From Candidatus Eiseniibacteriota bacterium (GTDB lineage: Bacteria; Joyebacterota; Joyebacteria; Joyebacterales; Joyebacteraceae): a stretch of DNA of 64,000 nt. Made by a program: the position numbers and the translations under genes. Numbering within the stretch: the first letter of the stretch is position 1; every line of letters starts with the position of its first letter. Under the pieces are notes generated by a model that saw only the letters and a program-made list of their open reading frames with translations, was not told where the DNA came from and searched no databases. Shown here piece after piece: positions 63,416-64,000 of this stretch. The DNA lies in the NCBI GenBank assembly GCA_030609365.1, contig JAUWCJ010000002.1, forward strand, positions 41 to 64,040. The letters run 5' to 3'.

Positions 63416-64000
63416 CTATTTCAGCAGGATCATCTTCCTCGCGGACGTGAATCCACCGGAACTGATCCGATAGAAGTAGATTCCGCTTCCCACTGGCTCG
63501 CCGTCGTCGCTCTTCCCGCGCCACACAACCTCGTGTGCTCCAGCCGACCTGTGCTCGTCGACCAGCGTAGCCGTCCTCTGACCACACACGTTGTAGACCT
63601 CGACGGTCACGTGTCCCGCCGTGGGGATGCTGTACGCGATGGTCGTCACAGGGTTGAACGGGTTCGGGTGGTTCTGCGACAGTGTGACGACACCCGGGAC
63701 GACATCGTCACAGGGGTCGTCGACACCGGTCGCGACGCCGAACCAGTCAACCGCGTCCTGGATGAGCATCCTTCTGTCCGCCTCGCTGGTAAACTGCGAC
63801 AGATCGAACGTCATGAAAAACGACTTGTAGATGAGGTTGTCCAGCCAGATGCCGGCGCCCAACTCGTACGCGTATGCGTAGCCACCGATCGGACCGTCCT
63901 CGAACGCGAAGGAAGCCCACGACCAGAGTTCGGGGTTCGAGACCTGGTCGGCGTACCAGTCCGGGCAGTCATCATTGACAATGACATCGGGGCTGTTGGA
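63416..64000 (-). CDS. Large secreted T9SS-tailed protein, tandem paralog 2 (3' end only; the gene continues past the window end)
   Basis: DNA from 63416 to 64000 is about 85% identical to 60819-61400. Encodes …YAYGYELGAGIWLDNLIYKSFFMTFDLSQFTSEADRRMLIQDAVDWFG…NHPNPFNPVTTIAYSIPTAGHVTVEVYNVCGQRTATLVDE…GIYFYRISSGGFTSARKMILLK. The reading frame is open to position 64000. Confidence 0.75.
   Translation of the reverse strand, partial: SNSPDVIVNDDCPDWYADQVSNPELWSWASFAFEDGPIGGYAYAYELGAGIWLDNLIYKSFFMTFDLSQFTSEADRRMLIQDAVDWFGVATGVDDPCDDVVPGVVTLSQNHPNPFNPVTTIAYSIPTAGHVTVEVYNVCGQRTATLVDEHRSAGAHEVVWRGKSDDGEPVGSGIYFYRISSGGFTSARKMILLK

Overview
High-GC (~65%) bacterial chromosomal segment, almost entirely coding on the minus strand. 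It encodes several proteins with the T9SS C-terminal sorting domain (TIGR04183-like 'YPNPF...GIYFYR...LLK'), which points to an FCB-group or candidate-phylum organism.

Content, left to right:
- tRNA-Asn.
- A GlcE/GlcF-like FAD/Fe-S oxidoreductase pair, directly downstream of a C25 (gingipain-family) peptidase with a T9SS tail.
- A lipoprotein that fuses a degenerate 5'-nucleotidase-like domain to a tetraheme cytochrome c; it is interrupted by one in-frame TGA.
- A lower-GC islet (8.1-11.2 kb) of small secreted proteins, a dockerin-repeat protein, a 650-bp non-coding stretch, tRNA-Val and a small membrane ORF.
- A housekeeping run: mltG, an rluD-ruvX fusion, lspA, a dksA/traR-like gene, ileS, PNP, yggT, yggS.
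- mvhD, alone on the plus strand.
- A secreted Pmp-like beta-helix protein.
- A ~35-kb co-directional supercluster (22.6-58.0 kb) for branched-chain amino-acid and acyl-CoA fermentation. It contains two leucine dehydrogenases, three acyl-CoA dehydrogenases, two complete split acyl-CoA carboxylase sets (biotin carboxylase, a separate small BCCP, and a carboxyltransferase), crotonases, 3-hydroxyacyl-CoA dehydrogenase, three thiolases, archaeal-type HMG-CoA synthase with a DUF35 protein, butyrate kinase, methylmalonyl-CoA epimerase, two acyl-CoA mutase large subunits with one B12 subunit, MeaB, CobO, birA and tdk. Embedded in it is an EtfAB + HdrA + HdrD-like + acyl-CoA dehydrogenase module.
- A small secreted protein, an 8-bladed beta-propeller T9SS cargo protein behind a clear sigma70-type promoter, and two tandemly duplicated giant T9SS cargo genes; the last runs off the window.

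Most notable observations:
1. Four otherwise unrelated signal-peptide proteins end in the same short tail, '[ST]W[GA]xIK[AS][LM][YF]R-COOH', preceded by a Cys about 10 residues upstream. It matches no named sorting signal I can recall and co-exists with canonical T9SS tails.
2. The Acd-EtfAB-HdrA-HdrD-like module, with MvhD elsewhere in the window, is a candidate flavin-based electron bi/confurcation system.
3. The cytochrome-fusion lipoprotein carries a single in-frame TGA, which could be selenocysteine, a nonsense mutation or an assembly error.
4. An RluD-RuvX fusion protein.
5. Tandem 14- and 18-bp repeat arrays in two intergenic leaders.

No CRISPR array, rRNA gene or transposase was recognised.
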